In this document: positions 48,958 to 57,459 of the stretch, one piece after another
Layout of the letters: every line of letters starts with the position of its first letter
Position numbering within the stretch: position 1 is the first letter of the stretch
From: a virus
Lineage: Duplodnaviria; Caudoviricetes
Virus record (IMG/VR): IMGVR_UViG_3300046786_000293
Span: 224,001-288,000 of that record
Length of the DNA: 64,000 nucleotides
Reading direction: 5' to 3' (one strand)
Translations under genes and position numbers: made by a program
The notes under the pieces: model-generated
What the model was told of the DNA's origin: nothing
The model's input: the letters and a program-made list of their open reading frames with translations, nothing else
Databases searched by the model: none

Positions 48958-49322
48958 AGAATAGTAAGTCCTGCAAATGCAATATAACACAACTGATGTG
49001 TCATTTGATCCAATCCAAGATGATTCCAGAATTGGGGAGTGGTAATATCACGATTACCGTAATTCATTTTAATCCAGTCAATATGATAGTGTAGGATAAT
49101 ATCCAAAGCACCCACAAAGAAAGCAAACTCTATGTTAGGCCAGCCGGTAACGACCCATAAACAAACAAAAGTACCAAGACCGTGTTTGAGACTATGCTTA
49201 ACACCGCGCCAATCTAAGTATTCACCTTTGTATTTGACTTCTTCGTTTGTTTGATTTACAAAGTCAATATACCAATGCTTAATCTGTAGCAAAACAAGAA
49301 TAAACAGTAGAGTATTAATCAT
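48954..49322 (-). CDS. DUF3307-like membrane protein
   Basis: KHWYID, HSLKH, HYHID, GLDQMTH histidine boxes in hydrophobic segments. Confidence 0.7.
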   Translation of the reverse strand: MINTLLFILVLLQIKHWYIDFVNQTNEEVKYKGEYLDWRGVKHSLKHGLGTFVCLWVVTGWPNIEFAFFVGALDIILHYHIDWIKMNYGNRDITTPQFWNHLGLDQMTHQLCYIAFAGLTIL

Positions 49323-49477
49323 TTATTATTCCTTTGTTGAAATCGATATTCTCGACGTAACCACCATTTATACTGTTGAAAGTATTCACTAAGTGAAAGT
49401 TTCTGACTGCCCCAATTCATTCGCTCTTCGCAGTTTTCATACCATAAGTCTTGTAGCCATGATCTAAATGATTTCAT
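49319..49477 (-). CDS. 52-aa protein (missed by ORF track)
   Basis: MKSFRSWLQDLWYENCEERMNWG...YKWWLRREYRFQQRNNK; ATGA overlaps at both ends. Confidence 0.65.
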   Translation of the reverse strand: MKSFRSWLQDLWYENCEERMNWGSQKLSLSEYFQQYKWWLRREYRFQQRNNK

Positions 49478-49860
49478 ACACCCTCAGGCACAGGTAAGTT
49501 ATCATAATATGTTGCAGCCACATCTTTAATGTACTCCATCATAGTATTTTCGTCTACTTCAGTAAAATAAACATTGTCGTAGGCTTTGTTTGGGTCGATG
49601 TTACGAACTCGTGCTTCTTGCAAATACGCATCTGCAAATTCAGGATTACGCCAGATAAAGCATTGATCGTATCCTGGCACATGAATTTGGATATCGTAGA
49701 CATTGTAAGTTTTGCAATCAAATACACAACTGCAAAACTCTTGACCGTCTGCATCGGCAAAGTCCATAAAACGTGCGTTAGGTCCCCAGCAATTCCATTG
49801 AAACTCACTACCTCCGCTCACCCGACCTTCTACGGCATTAATAACATCAATCAATTTCAT
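49474..49860 (-). CDS. Hypothetical protein
   Basis: Start corrected to ATG 49860 (ATGA overlap). Confidence 0.65.
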   Translation of the reverse strand: MKLIDVINAVEGRVSGGSEFQWNCWGPNARFMDFADADGQEFCSCVFDCKTYNVYDIQIHVPGYDQCFIWRNPEFADAYLQEARVRNIDPNKAYDNVYFTEVDENTMMEYIKDVAATYYDNLPVPEGV

Positions 49861-50111
49861 TGCATATCCTTCAAAATATCTATCGTTTGTTCGTAATCTA
49901 TTACACAGGCTATAGGCTTGAGCCAACCATTGTTAATACATTCTGCTATAATCATTTTGTATTCTTTAGGACAATGCTGATTAATCTCAAAGCCAGCTCT
50001 TGGATTTAAAGCAAATCCGTCGACAATATTAAAGCCTTGATCCCCCGAGCGGAGTAATCGGACGCGACTTTGGTGTGTGCGGAACGGCATTATGTTGGAA
50101 CCTTTCTTCAA
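49857..50111 (-). CDS. Hypothetical protein
   Basis: ORF track; start uncertain. Confidence 0.55.
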   Translation of the reverse strand: MKKGSNIMPFRTHQSRVRLLRSGDQGFNIVDGFALNPRAGFEINQHCPKEYKMIIAECINNGWLKPIACVIDYEQTIDILKDMQ

Positions 50112-50379
50112 TAGCTTTTACACAATCTTCAATATTGGACATTGCACGATCATAATCGTGCGTGGTATAAACTGCACGTAGTGTCGCATTTCGAATAGTA
50201 TCGATACACTCGTCGACAATCTGTCGTGCAAATGCTTCTTGCATTTGTGGATTGACACTAGGATAGTGGCTACCACCGGCTTGTAATTGAAATTCTTTAA
50301 GTAATTCTTTATTCATATAATCCTTTAACTTCCACAGTCTATTCTCCATGGGCATCTTGATAATATTGAGGTTGAGCAA
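50029..50379 (-). CDS. Hypothetical protein
   Basis: ORF track; probable start at MNKELL. Confidence 0.55.
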   Translation of the reverse strand: MLNLNIIKMPMENRLWKLKDYMNKELLKEFQLQAGGSHYPSVNPQMQEAFARQIVDECIDTIRNATLRAVYTTHDYDRAMSNIEDCVKAIEERFQHNAVPHTPKSRPITPLGGSRL

Positions 50380-50522
50380 TCATCTTCCCCGAAACACGCA
50401 GGAGCAGGTTGCGTCCGCATGAGTCTAATAGCAGTATGGAGTTGTTCTCGTTCCTCCTTGCGACCAGTGCCTTCATAAGACAAGTATGCTTCTTCGTCTA
50501 GTAGAATTTGAATGGACTTCAT
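50325..50522 (-). CDS. Hypothetical protein with Cys-rich tail
   Basis: CFG-DDCST-ILSRCPWRIDCG; ATGA overlap with the nuclease gene. Confidence 0.55.
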   Translation of the reverse strand: MKSIQILLDEEAYLSYEGTGRKEEREQLHTAIRLMRTQPAPACFGEDDCSTSILSRCPWRIDCGS

Positions 50523-51508
50523 TTTGGATAACTGGCGCTTAAAATATCACCAATCGCTGTGGCGTTCTCGCTCAACTTAGTAAGCTCGTACTTGCCGCAG
50601 AACTTAAGAAACTGAGCACCCACCATGGGTCGATTCAAACGTTTTGCACCGTTAGAAATAGTTTCTGCAATCTTAACTTTAATGTCATCAGGTTGTGCAG
50701 AAAGATCAATCAACGTTTTATTGCGATAGTAGTCATCAAGCACTTTGTGCTCGATACCATTGTGGTCGGTCCAAGTCTGCAACATCATGTTGTTCCACGA
50801 GAACCCCTTCTTGTCCATGTCTGCAAACGCTTCAATCAAACCAACTTTGTTCTTAGAGCCTTTAGTGCGAACACCTGGATAGGCACTGAACACATTGTCG
50901 GTGGAATCTCCACGCATACATTTTTCAAATAGAATAAACTTAGGGTCAGGGATTTTCTTAGGCTCTTTGGTCTTCTTATCAATAACAGGTTTACCTTTTT
51001 TGTCAAAGATTCCTTGCAAGGTGTGAAGTTCGTCTGCAACACCATTGTACTGATTTACATTGTCGGCTAGCAATTGATGGAAGTCGGTGTCTGAACTTAC
51101 AATGGTATGGTGATCCTCAGGGTGACTTTGGATCCATCCTGCCACCAAGTCATCTGCTTCCAAGTTTTCGTGCCGGAGAACAGTACAATTGGTGCGTTCG
51201 GATAGGAATGTTTTAAGTTCGTCAAATGCTTCCCAGAAGAGTTTATCTTCTTCGGCTTCTGCTTCGGTGAGCGCCGCCCGGGCAACTGCTCTGTTCTTTT
51301 TGTAGGGCTCATAGTAATCCTTGCGCCATGAGCGACCTTCGAGACAGAACACAACGTGGTCGGCCTTTTGTTCGCGCCACGCTTTGTTTACGCTGGCTAG
51401 GGTGACATGAATCGCAAAACCTAGTTTATCCCACGTATCGCTTTGGCGATGGGCACTATGTCTTGCACGAAAGAAAGTATTGGCTGTATCAACGATTAAG
51501 TAACGCAT
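50519..51508 (-). CDS. rnh: T4 RNase H-like 5'-3' flap exonuclease
   Basis: LIVDTAN, W(R)K..YK.NR, EADD, IVSSDTDF.QL, GDSTDN. Confidence 0.88.
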   Translation of the reverse strand: MRYLIVDTANTFFRARHSAHRQSDTWDKLGFAIHVTLASVNKAWREQKADHVVFCLEGRSWRKDYYEPYKKNRAVARAALTEAEAEEDKLFWEAFDELKTFLSERTNCTVLRHENLEADDLVAGWIQSHPEDHHTIVSSDTDFHQLLADNVNQYNGVADELHTLQGIFDKKGKPVIDKKTKEPKKIPDPKFILFEKCMRGDSTDNVFSAYPGVRTKGSKNKVGLIEAFADMDKKGFSWNNMMLQTWTDHNGIEHKVLDDYYRNKTLIDLSAQPDDIKVKIAETISNGAKRLNRPMVGAQFLKFCGKYELTKLSENATAIGDILSASYPK

Positions 51509-51514
51509 AGAATA

Positions 51515-51543
51515 ATAATAGCATATTATCCATTAAGTGTCAA
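51515..51543 (-). promoter_or_regulatory. sigma70-like promoter for rnh
   Basis: TTGACA-17-TATTAT with TG extension; ATG only 6 nt downstream. Confidence 0.7.
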
Positions 51544-52194
51544 CACATCTTTAACTTTTGGTAAAATGAAGTTAGCCCAGCCTTTATGGGCATCTGCATC
51601 GTAGTGATGCCATTTTGGGTCTACCAAATTGTATCCATTATTTTTTAACCAAAAATAGTAAGTCATATTTTGGTTATAGGGATCGACATAGAAAGGCCCG
51701 TATTCTAGTTTTGATCCGTATTTGTTTTCATCGTAGGCAAGTCTGTACATAAACCAACTAAAACAATTAAAAAACAAATGTGGAATATTCTGACTTAGTA
51801 GCTCTATATGAAAATTCCAGATTTTGTTGTAATTTTCATTTTCTTTTTGACGCTGGTTTTCTTTATCGGCATATTTGATAACCCATTCTTTGTATCTAGT
51901 TTTTAGTTCGTTAGGTACTTCATCTGCGCCGCTAGCAGTTACATGATAACTTTCACCGTTGTAAATCCATTCTTCTCGTTCCCAAGTCGACCACCCGATG
52001 ATAATAAAGTCTGGGCGTGTGTGTTGTAGATATTCTCGTGTTCGACGTATGATTCTATCATTACCTACAGCAGGTTCAGCATCGCATACAAATTCCCAAC
52101 CTAACGCATTTGCTACATGTCGGCCGTAACTATATTCGGGACCACCCGCATCATGCCCACAACTGTGACTATCACCGTTAACGTAGAGTATCAT
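51526..52194 (-). CDS. SGNH/GDSL-like protein
   Basis: VNGDSHS, AVGNDRI, HYDADAH. Confidence 0.65.
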   Translation of the reverse strand: MILYVNGDSHSCGHDAGGPEYSYGRHVANALGWEFVCDAEPAVGNDRIIRRTREYLQHTRPDFIIIGWSTWEREEWIYNGESYHVTASGADEVPNELKTRYKEWVIKYADKENQRQKENENYNKIWNFHIELLSQNIPHLFFNCFSWFMYRLAYDENKYGSKLEYGPFYVDPYNQNMTYYFWLKNNGYNLVDPKWHHYDADAHKGWANFILPKVKDVLTLNG

Positions 52195-52436
52195 TCTTTG
52201 TATGCTGGATTAGGAACTTCTAGTTCAAATATATGATATAAATTAGTAACACCACCAGAGTTATTTGATTGATCTGACAGTATACACATGGTTCTGCCGT
52301 ACTCAGCTTCTGTTTGAGTAAGATAAAATCCTAATCCCATACCAGTGGTACTACTACCAGTGGTACTAAACGCTAACCCTGCTTGTCTTAGTAGACAATA
52401 GACTTTAATTAGCTTGGGCTGTGATAAGGATTGCAT
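52191..52436 (-). CDS. Hypothetical protein
   Basis: 81-aa ORF. Confidence 0.55.
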   Translation of the reverse strand: MQSLSQPKLIKVYCLLRQAGLAFSTTGSSTTGMGLGFYLTQTEAEYGRTMCILSDQSNNSGGVTNLYHIFELEVPNPAYKE

Positions 52437-52909
52437 TAGCTTACCTCTGTGCGTCCGCCACCAATATCTCTACGTTGTACTCCAGTAGGCGGCCTAGGAT
52501 TGTTTGCTTCTACTTGTTCGTAAGTTTCTAGTACAACATTACGACAAACATCTTGGAACCATTGATCCACAATTTGTTGATCATCGCGACCTTTGTAGCC
52601 AGCACGAACAAGTTTAGCAACAAAGAATTCATTCCAATCTAATTCAAATGCACCTTGCCCGATGTTTTCTGGATCTAGCTCTACGCTGATAATATTAACC
52701 CACGGCTCACCTTTTTCCGTAGCAAGTTGCTTTGCGGTCTTTTTGGGTTTTGCTTCTTTGGGTTTCTTTACCTTAGGTACATCGGGTGTTTTCTTTGGAT
52801 CTGGCAATCCACGATCCACCGGAATAACTTCTCCTGATGCTTTAATAGCGTCAACTAATTTATCAACGTTAGATTCTTTCTTGCCAAATAGTTTATCAAT
52901 TAATCCCAT
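52436..52909 (-). CDS. Hypothetical protein
   Basis: Start corrected to ATG 52909 (MGLIDKLFG); longer ORF-track start overlaps queE. Confidence 0.65.
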   Translation of the reverse strand: MGLIDKLFGKKESNVDKLVDAIKASGEVIPVDRGLPDPKKTPDVPKVKKPKEAKPKKTAKQLATEKGEPWVNIISVELDPENIGQGAFELDWNEFFVAKLVRAGYKGRDDQQIVDQWFQDVCRNVVLETYEQVEANNPRPPTGVQRRDIGGGRTEVS

Positions 52910-52919
52910 ATAGTTTCCT

Positions 52920-53786
52920 TTATTTGCCCCAACCATTGCCCCAAAGGTCAACGTGTAAGCGAGGACTGTAGTAGTATCCTCGACTACATGCCCAGTCTGC
53001 AACTCGCACACGGTTTGCCGCATAAGGAGTGACAACACCACCTTGTGGCATAACGTATACAACACCAGTAAATCCGCCTGCTCTAAATTCTTTTACAGCA
53101 CGCTCTACTTCTGCAAAGTGTTCTTCTGTTTCTACAACAAACTTAAGATAAACGGTGCCTAGATTTTGATAACTGGCCACAATATCAGGACAAATTGCTT
53201 CCTCCCACTTTTCGCCGCTTGCACTTAGTTTGGCACTTACACTGAATGTGACTTCTCTCTTAAAGTCTATACCAGGCAGTTGCCACAGTAATAGATATTC
53301 TGCAAATTTATCTTGCAGACGTTGTGTGCCGTTTGTTTCAAATGTGATATTACGAAGATCCTGCATACCTTCGCGACTTAGCAATTCTTCGTAAGCACGT
53401 TGCCAACCCAGTAGCGGCTCACCGCCTGTAATAACAAGATGTACATCGTTACCGTTGTCTTGCACCCACTTGTGATTGGGTGTTAGTGCAAGCATTTTGT
53501 CTACTAGTTCTTTAGTATCATAATTTGGGCTTAGTTCTTTGAATGCGGGGTGCCAGGATGCATAGCTATCACAGCCGGTGTTGACAAGAGGCAGCTCTTC
53601 AAATGTTTTATAAAGGTGTATGTTCTTTGCCACCTCGTCGGCTTCTTTGCTCTTACTACCAGGAGCGCAGCCAAAGCCTGCACACGTAAAGTTGCATCCA
53701 AACGTTCGAAGGAAAACGCTAGGAACACCAACAAAACGACCTTCGCCCTGTGCAGAGTAGAATAGTTCACTTACTTTAATCTTCAT
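52920..53786 (-). CDS. queE: 7-carboxy-7-deazaguanine synthase (radical SAM)
   Basis: ELFYSAQGEG.FVG.PSVFLRTFGCN, CDS, ITGGEPL, ETNGT, SAKL, PRLH. Confidence 0.9.
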   Translation of the reverse strand: MKIKVSELFYSAQGEGRFVGVPSVFLRTFGCNFTCAGFGCAPGSKSKEADEVAKNIHLYKTFEELPLVNTGCDSYASWHPAFKELSPNYDTKELVDKMLALTPNHKWVQDNGNDVHLVITGGEPLLGWQRAYEELLSREGMQDLRNITFETNGTQRLQDKFAEYLLLWQLPGIDFKREVTFSVSAKLSASGEKWEEAICPDIVASYQNLGTVYLKFVVETEEHFAEVERAVKEFRAGGFTGVVYVMPQGGVVTPYAANRVRVADWACSRGYYYSPRLHVDLWGNGWGK

Positions 53787-54051
53787 ATATTTTTGACCAG
53801 AGTCTTAATTTATCTTTTTTGGCTTGTTTTGCTTGTTCAAGCCTTTCCCATGATAATACATTCTGTTCTACTAGAATGTCAATCATAGCCAATACATCAC
53901 CTATTTCATTTTCTAGCATCGTTGAATGAGTCAACCCTGTTTTATAGTGTTGACTATCAACACCAAACCTGCGACATTTACTAACTTCAACGATAACTTC
54001 AGCACATTCTTCTTGAAGAATGTCTAGTGTTTCTTGGATTTTTGGATTCAT
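53776..54051 (-). CDS. MazG-like nucleotide pyrophosphohydrolase
   Basis: LQEECAEV...SK..RFG...ENEIGDV (EXXE...EXXD). Confidence 0.75.
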   Translation of the reverse strand: MNPKIQETLDILQEECAEVIVEVSKCRRFGVDSQHYKTGLTHSTMLENEIGDVLAMIDILVEQNVLSWERLEQAKQAKKDKLRLWSKIYED

Positions 54052-54236
54052 GTAGTCTTTTCAATTCTTACCATTTTAAAGCAAACCCAACCATCGGGAG
54101 TCTTAACCATGGTACCACCCAATACTTCGCACTGATTGACTCGATCATCAAAACGAGCAAGCGCAAAGCCTGCGGCAATAATTGTAAGGGCCAAGAGTCC
54201 AAACATAATTTTTTCAAATAAACCTAAATTAGTCAT
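54048..54236 (-). CDS. Small membrane protein
   Basis: One hydrophobic helix then C-x3-GG...W-C. Confidence 0.55.
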   Translation of the reverse strand: MTNLGLFEKIMFGLLALTIIAAGFALARFDDRVNQCEVLGGTMVKTPDGWVCFKMVRIEKTT

Positions 54237-54239
54237 AGC

Positions 54240-54431
54240 TCACCAATGTCGAATAACACCTGCAATGATAAAACAGTTTGTTATAATGTATGATAGCACA
54301 ATGGCAGTACGAATGCAAGCAATACGGTCTGCTTCCGAATCCGTACTGCCTGCTTTTTCTCCAAGGGCTTTCGCCCAAAGTCTCCAAATTTTAGTTGCTA
54401 CTTTGAACAATGTTTTCGTTCTCGTCGACAT
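54240..54431 (-). CDS. Small membrane protein
   Basis: W-KALG-K...AD..A..R then hydrophobic helix ending IRHW. Confidence 0.6.
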   Translation of the reverse strand: MSTRTKTLFKVATKIWRLWAKALGEKAGSTDSEADRIACIRTAIVLSYIITNCFIIAGVIRHW

Positions 54432-55032
54432 TAACTTTCTTTTGCAAGAAATTTAGCAACACACCATATGCGGGCAGAATAACAATCAGGCTAACAATAA
54501 TTTTGCTAATGCTATTGTTGGTAGCAACAGTAAACCAATTAGCAGCCATAAATTCATTTGCACCTTTGTAGAATGCTGTGAAGAAGAAGGTGTATGTGTC
54601 GATGAACGTGCTTACGATACTACTTAGAGTAGGAGCAATCCACCAGCTATTATACTTCTCTCGAAAATATTGGAATACATAGACATCTAACAAGTTAGAA
54701 ACAAAGTATGCCATACCCGATCCAAGACCAATTCGGAATGCGACGCTATCAGGTGCTCCGCCCAATTTGACTACTGCCATACTAACTAATATGGCAGGAA
54801 TAAATGCTAACGCAATAACTGCACGGCCTGTTTGTTTACCTAGCAATCGAACAGTCAGGTCTGTTAAAACAACAACTAACGGAAAGGTAAATGCCGCTAC
54901 TGCTAGAGGATTTCCAAAAACGTCAATTTTAAATTGAACAACATAGTTACTAATAGCAATAATGATGATATGAGCTAACATCAACTTATACGCTAATGCA
55001 CGGTCTACGCCGGCTAAAATTTTGTCAAACAT
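54391..55032 (-). CDS. yhhQ: Queuosine precursor transporter (YhhQ/VUT family)
   Basis: IAISNY-VQF, FTFP...TDLTVR..G...R, D-YVF...R, S..IDT..FF. Confidence 0.88.
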   Translation of the reverse strand: MFDKILAGVDRALAYKLMLAHIIIIAISNYVVQFKIDVFGNPLAVAAFTFPLVVVLTDLTVRLLGKQTGRAVIALAFIPAILVSMAVVKLGGAPDSVAFRIGLGSGMAYFVSNLLDVYVFQYFREKYNSWWIAPTLSSIVSTFIDTYTFFFTAFYKGANEFMAANWFTVATNNSISKIIVSLIVILPAYGVLLNFLQKKVNVDENENIVQSSN

Positions 55033-55043
55033 ATTTTTACTCC

Positions 55044-55376
55044 TTAGTGATTACGTTTGCCGTCAAACACACATACAAAATACAATGTATGAGAATTTGA
55101 CTTATTATGAACACGATGGAACACACCGTCTTCAATTAGGACAACGTCGCCTCCTTGAACGGCCAAACGCTTGTCATCTAATTCCATTTCGCCAACGCCA
55201 GAAATAAAATAATATACTTCTTCTTGTCCGGCATGGCTATGTCCTCTTGTACTTTGTCCAGGTTTTAAATCTGTTGAACTTAGTACAAGATTCTTTAGTG
55301 TTTTGTTGTCTTTAAGAACATAAGTTTCATTGTCTTTAACAATGTCACCACCTATATCATATATGCTATATTTCAT
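55044..55376 (-). CDS. Cupin-domain protein
   Basis: GHSH..QEEVYYF..G, GDVV.I..G.FHRV.N. Confidence 0.8.
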   Translation of the reverse strand: MKYSIYDIGGDIVKDNETYVLKDNKTLKNLVLSSTDLKPGQSTRGHSHAGQEEVYYFISGVGEMELDDKRLAVQGGDVVLIEDGVFHRVHNKSNSHTLYFVCVFDGKRNH

Positions 55377-55382
55377 AATAAT

Positions 55383-56036
55383 TTAAAATTCTAAAACAAA
55401 ATGTGAAGTTTTTCTATAAACAGTACGTTTTGCCTTTAAACTCATGTTATCAAATAATTCGTCGTCGATTATTCTACAATGCATTTTTTCTGCGTCAGGC
55501 CATCCGCTTCCAATTGCTATAGGATGCATACCTGGATGATTCGCAATACACATTAGTCCACTAAATTGTTTACAGATATTATCCCACACAGGCTCGAATT
55601 CTTCTTCGAGTATATGTTCAATTGATTCTACCATGAGAACTGTGTCAAATTTTGAAAAATCTGCTACAAAATTTTTAACATTGGTTTCTATGACCTTTGG
55701 CGGAATAAACTCGTCTCCAAAGAACTGTTTACCAGTTCGATCAAACCAATTCTGAATGTTGATTGCTATATCCACCGCAGTAACAGGAATACCTAATTTG
55801 GATAAAACACATGATATTTCTCCTCTGCCAGGCCCTATTTCCAATACATGGTTGGGAGTTCTAGTTTTATAATTATTTAAAAATTGCAACTGATCTTCAA
55901 GTGTATTACACTCGATTAAATCATAAATGCCAAATGCATAACACAAGGCCGGAAACTGATCATTCGACCTTAACATTTTTTTATTCCAATTATCTAAATC
56001 AGAATAAAAATACCCTTCTTGGTATGCAAAACTCAT
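55383..56036 (-). CDS. Class I SAM-dependent methyltransferase
   Basis: VLEIGPGRG, AVDI, FDTV...ESIEHI; start corrected to ATG 56036 (ATGA overlap with queD). Confidence 0.75.
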   Translation of the reverse strand: MSFAYQEGYFYSDLDNWNKKMLRSNDQFPALCYAFGIYDLIECNTLEDQLQFLNNYKTRTPNHVLEIGPGRGEISCVLSKLGIPVTAVDIAINIQNWFDRTGKQFFGDEFIPPKVIETNVKNFVADFSKFDTVLMVESIEHILEEEFEPVWDNICKQFSGLMCIANHPGMHPIAIGSGWPDAEKMHCRIIDDELFDNMSLKAKRTVYRKTSHFVLEF

Positions 56037-56536
56037 GCAAATAAATCCTCGTTCCATTCACGATGACCTTCACGGAATGCCATATTGCTTTGTGTTTCAC
56101 GCACCTCTACACGATAGCACCATAGTCGTTGTGCTTCTCCTGGCCCCCACAGGTCAGGTATATAAACACCATTGACATACTTGTAAAGCATGTCGGCCAG
56201 GCCTTCGCAACCCAGTCTCGGTAAGACTACAACCTTGGCCATTTTCTTGGCTTCTAGTAGTTTGTATGTTTCCATTTCAGGATCATCTTGTGCCACAATC
56301 AACGTGTGGTCGAACATATCCTCTAATAACTTCTTCAAGTCTTTCAATCCACCGTAGTCAGCGGCCCAGTTGCGTACATCTAGGTCATTAGTACCAAAGT
56401 AAAACTTCATTGAAAAACTGTAGCCATGAATTAAGTTACAGTGACTATCGGCACGCCATTGACGATACGCACAGGGAAATGCGTCGTGATATTCTTTGGT
56501 GCTTGTGTATTTGTAGGTAATTGTTTGATTTGCCAT
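56033..56536 (-). CDS. queD: 6-carboxy-5,6,7,8-tetrahydropterin synthase
   Basis: HCNLIHGYS (CxxxHG), DYGGLK, FDH, CEGLA, V.VRET..N. Confidence 0.88.
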   Translation of the reverse strand: MANQTITYKYTSTKEYHDAFPCAYRQWRADSHCNLIHGYSFSMKFYFGTNDLDVRNWAADYGGLKDLKKLLEDMFDHTLIVAQDDPEMETYKLLEAKKMAKVVVLPRLGCEGLADMLYKYVNGVYIPDLWGPGEAQRLWCYRVEVRETQSNMAFREGHREWNEDLFA

Positions 56537-56574
56537 CTCTAGTCTCCTTTATGTTAGGTAGCAAGTTTGATGGT

Positions 56575-56613
56575 ATGCAGAATCTTTATAGAGGGATGAA
56601 TGCCAAGTCCTCT
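56575..56613 (-). ncRNA. Candidate preQ1 class I-like riboswitch aptamer in the queD leader
   Basis: AGAGG-ACTTGGCATTCATC-CCTCT-ATAAA: P1 stem and A-rich tail match the B. subtilis queC aptamer pattern AGAGG-N12-CCTCT-ATAAA; begins 8 nt after an AATAAATA promoter. P2 pseudoknot partner not evident. Confidence 0.55.
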
Positions 56614-56624
56614 TGAGTAAGTAT

Positions 56625-57134
56625 TTATTCCCACCAACGCTCGTAGGGAAAAACAATCCATTCTTTTTTGCTTTTAGTAATCTCTTCGCCACTAAAGTCT
56701 ATGGTAACGTGGGACTTACTGCTAACGTTATCGTATACTACTGCAAATTTTACATTATGATTCCAAACATCTTTCCAACTTGGATCCTTGGGTAAACAAC
56801 TAGATTGCCAATCTTCGATAAGCCAATTAATTGTTTTACCTGTATCATTGATGTCGTCGACAATGAGAATCTTTTTGCGAGCAGTTACCTCAGGCTTGCC
56901 GTATTCGTAGCCAAATGCATCTTCAGCCATCCACAAATTACTTTCGTTAGTTTCGGGCTTGCTGGTTACATGTAGTGCATACATAGGAATATCAAAATAG
57001 TGACTAATCATAACTGCGGGAATAAGACCACCGCGAGTTAGTCCTACAATATAATCGGGGCGCCAATTACTAATAGCAATGCTTCGACAAATTTTAGCGA
57101 CCCGGCTATTATATTCTTTATTAGTAAGATCCAT
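56625..57134 (-). CDS. Type I phosphoribosyltransferase (Gpt/Hpt-like)
   Basis: IVGLTRGG, ILIVDDINDTGKT (PRPP loop), WIVFPYE. Confidence 0.88.
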   Translation of the reverse strand: MDLTNKEYNSRVAKICRSIAISNWRPDYIVGLTRGGLIPAVMISHYFDIPMYALHVTSKPETNESNLWMAEDAFGYEYGKPEVTARKKILIVDDINDTGKTINWLIEDWQSSCLPKDPSWKDVWNHNVKFAVVYDNVSSKSHVTIDFSGEEITKSKKEWIVFPYERWWE

Positions 57135-57459
57135 GTTGTTCTCGTTCCATTTGTTCTTTAAGATTATGATTAGTGATTATATTACTAAACTTAAGTATAA
57201 ACATACTAGCAATACTAGCATCTTCACCATTGAAATGCAATCTACTGCCGCCGAGGCCATTTTGATGATGATGACACCATTTACCTTTGCCGTATGATAC
57301 GTAAGGTACATTATTTTCTTTGCCCCGGCTATTCCAAAAGTGTTCGACTTTTTTATTGCCGCCAATTTGGTCGTACCATTCAACAACTTCGTCGTTGAGT
57401 TCTTCTATGTCTATCCAAATTGGATAAACTACTCGACACCCTGGGGGTAGTGCTATCAT
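57121..57459 (-). CDS. Divergent LRW-family protein
   Basis: VVEWYDQIG...HFNGEDASIASMFILKF plus extension. Confidence 0.55.
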   Translation of the reverse strand: MIALPPGCRVVYPIWIDIEELNDEVVEWYDQIGGNKKVEHFWNSRGKENNVPYVSYGKGKWCHHHQNGLGGSRLHFNGEDASIASMFILKFSNIITNHNLKEQMEREQHGSY

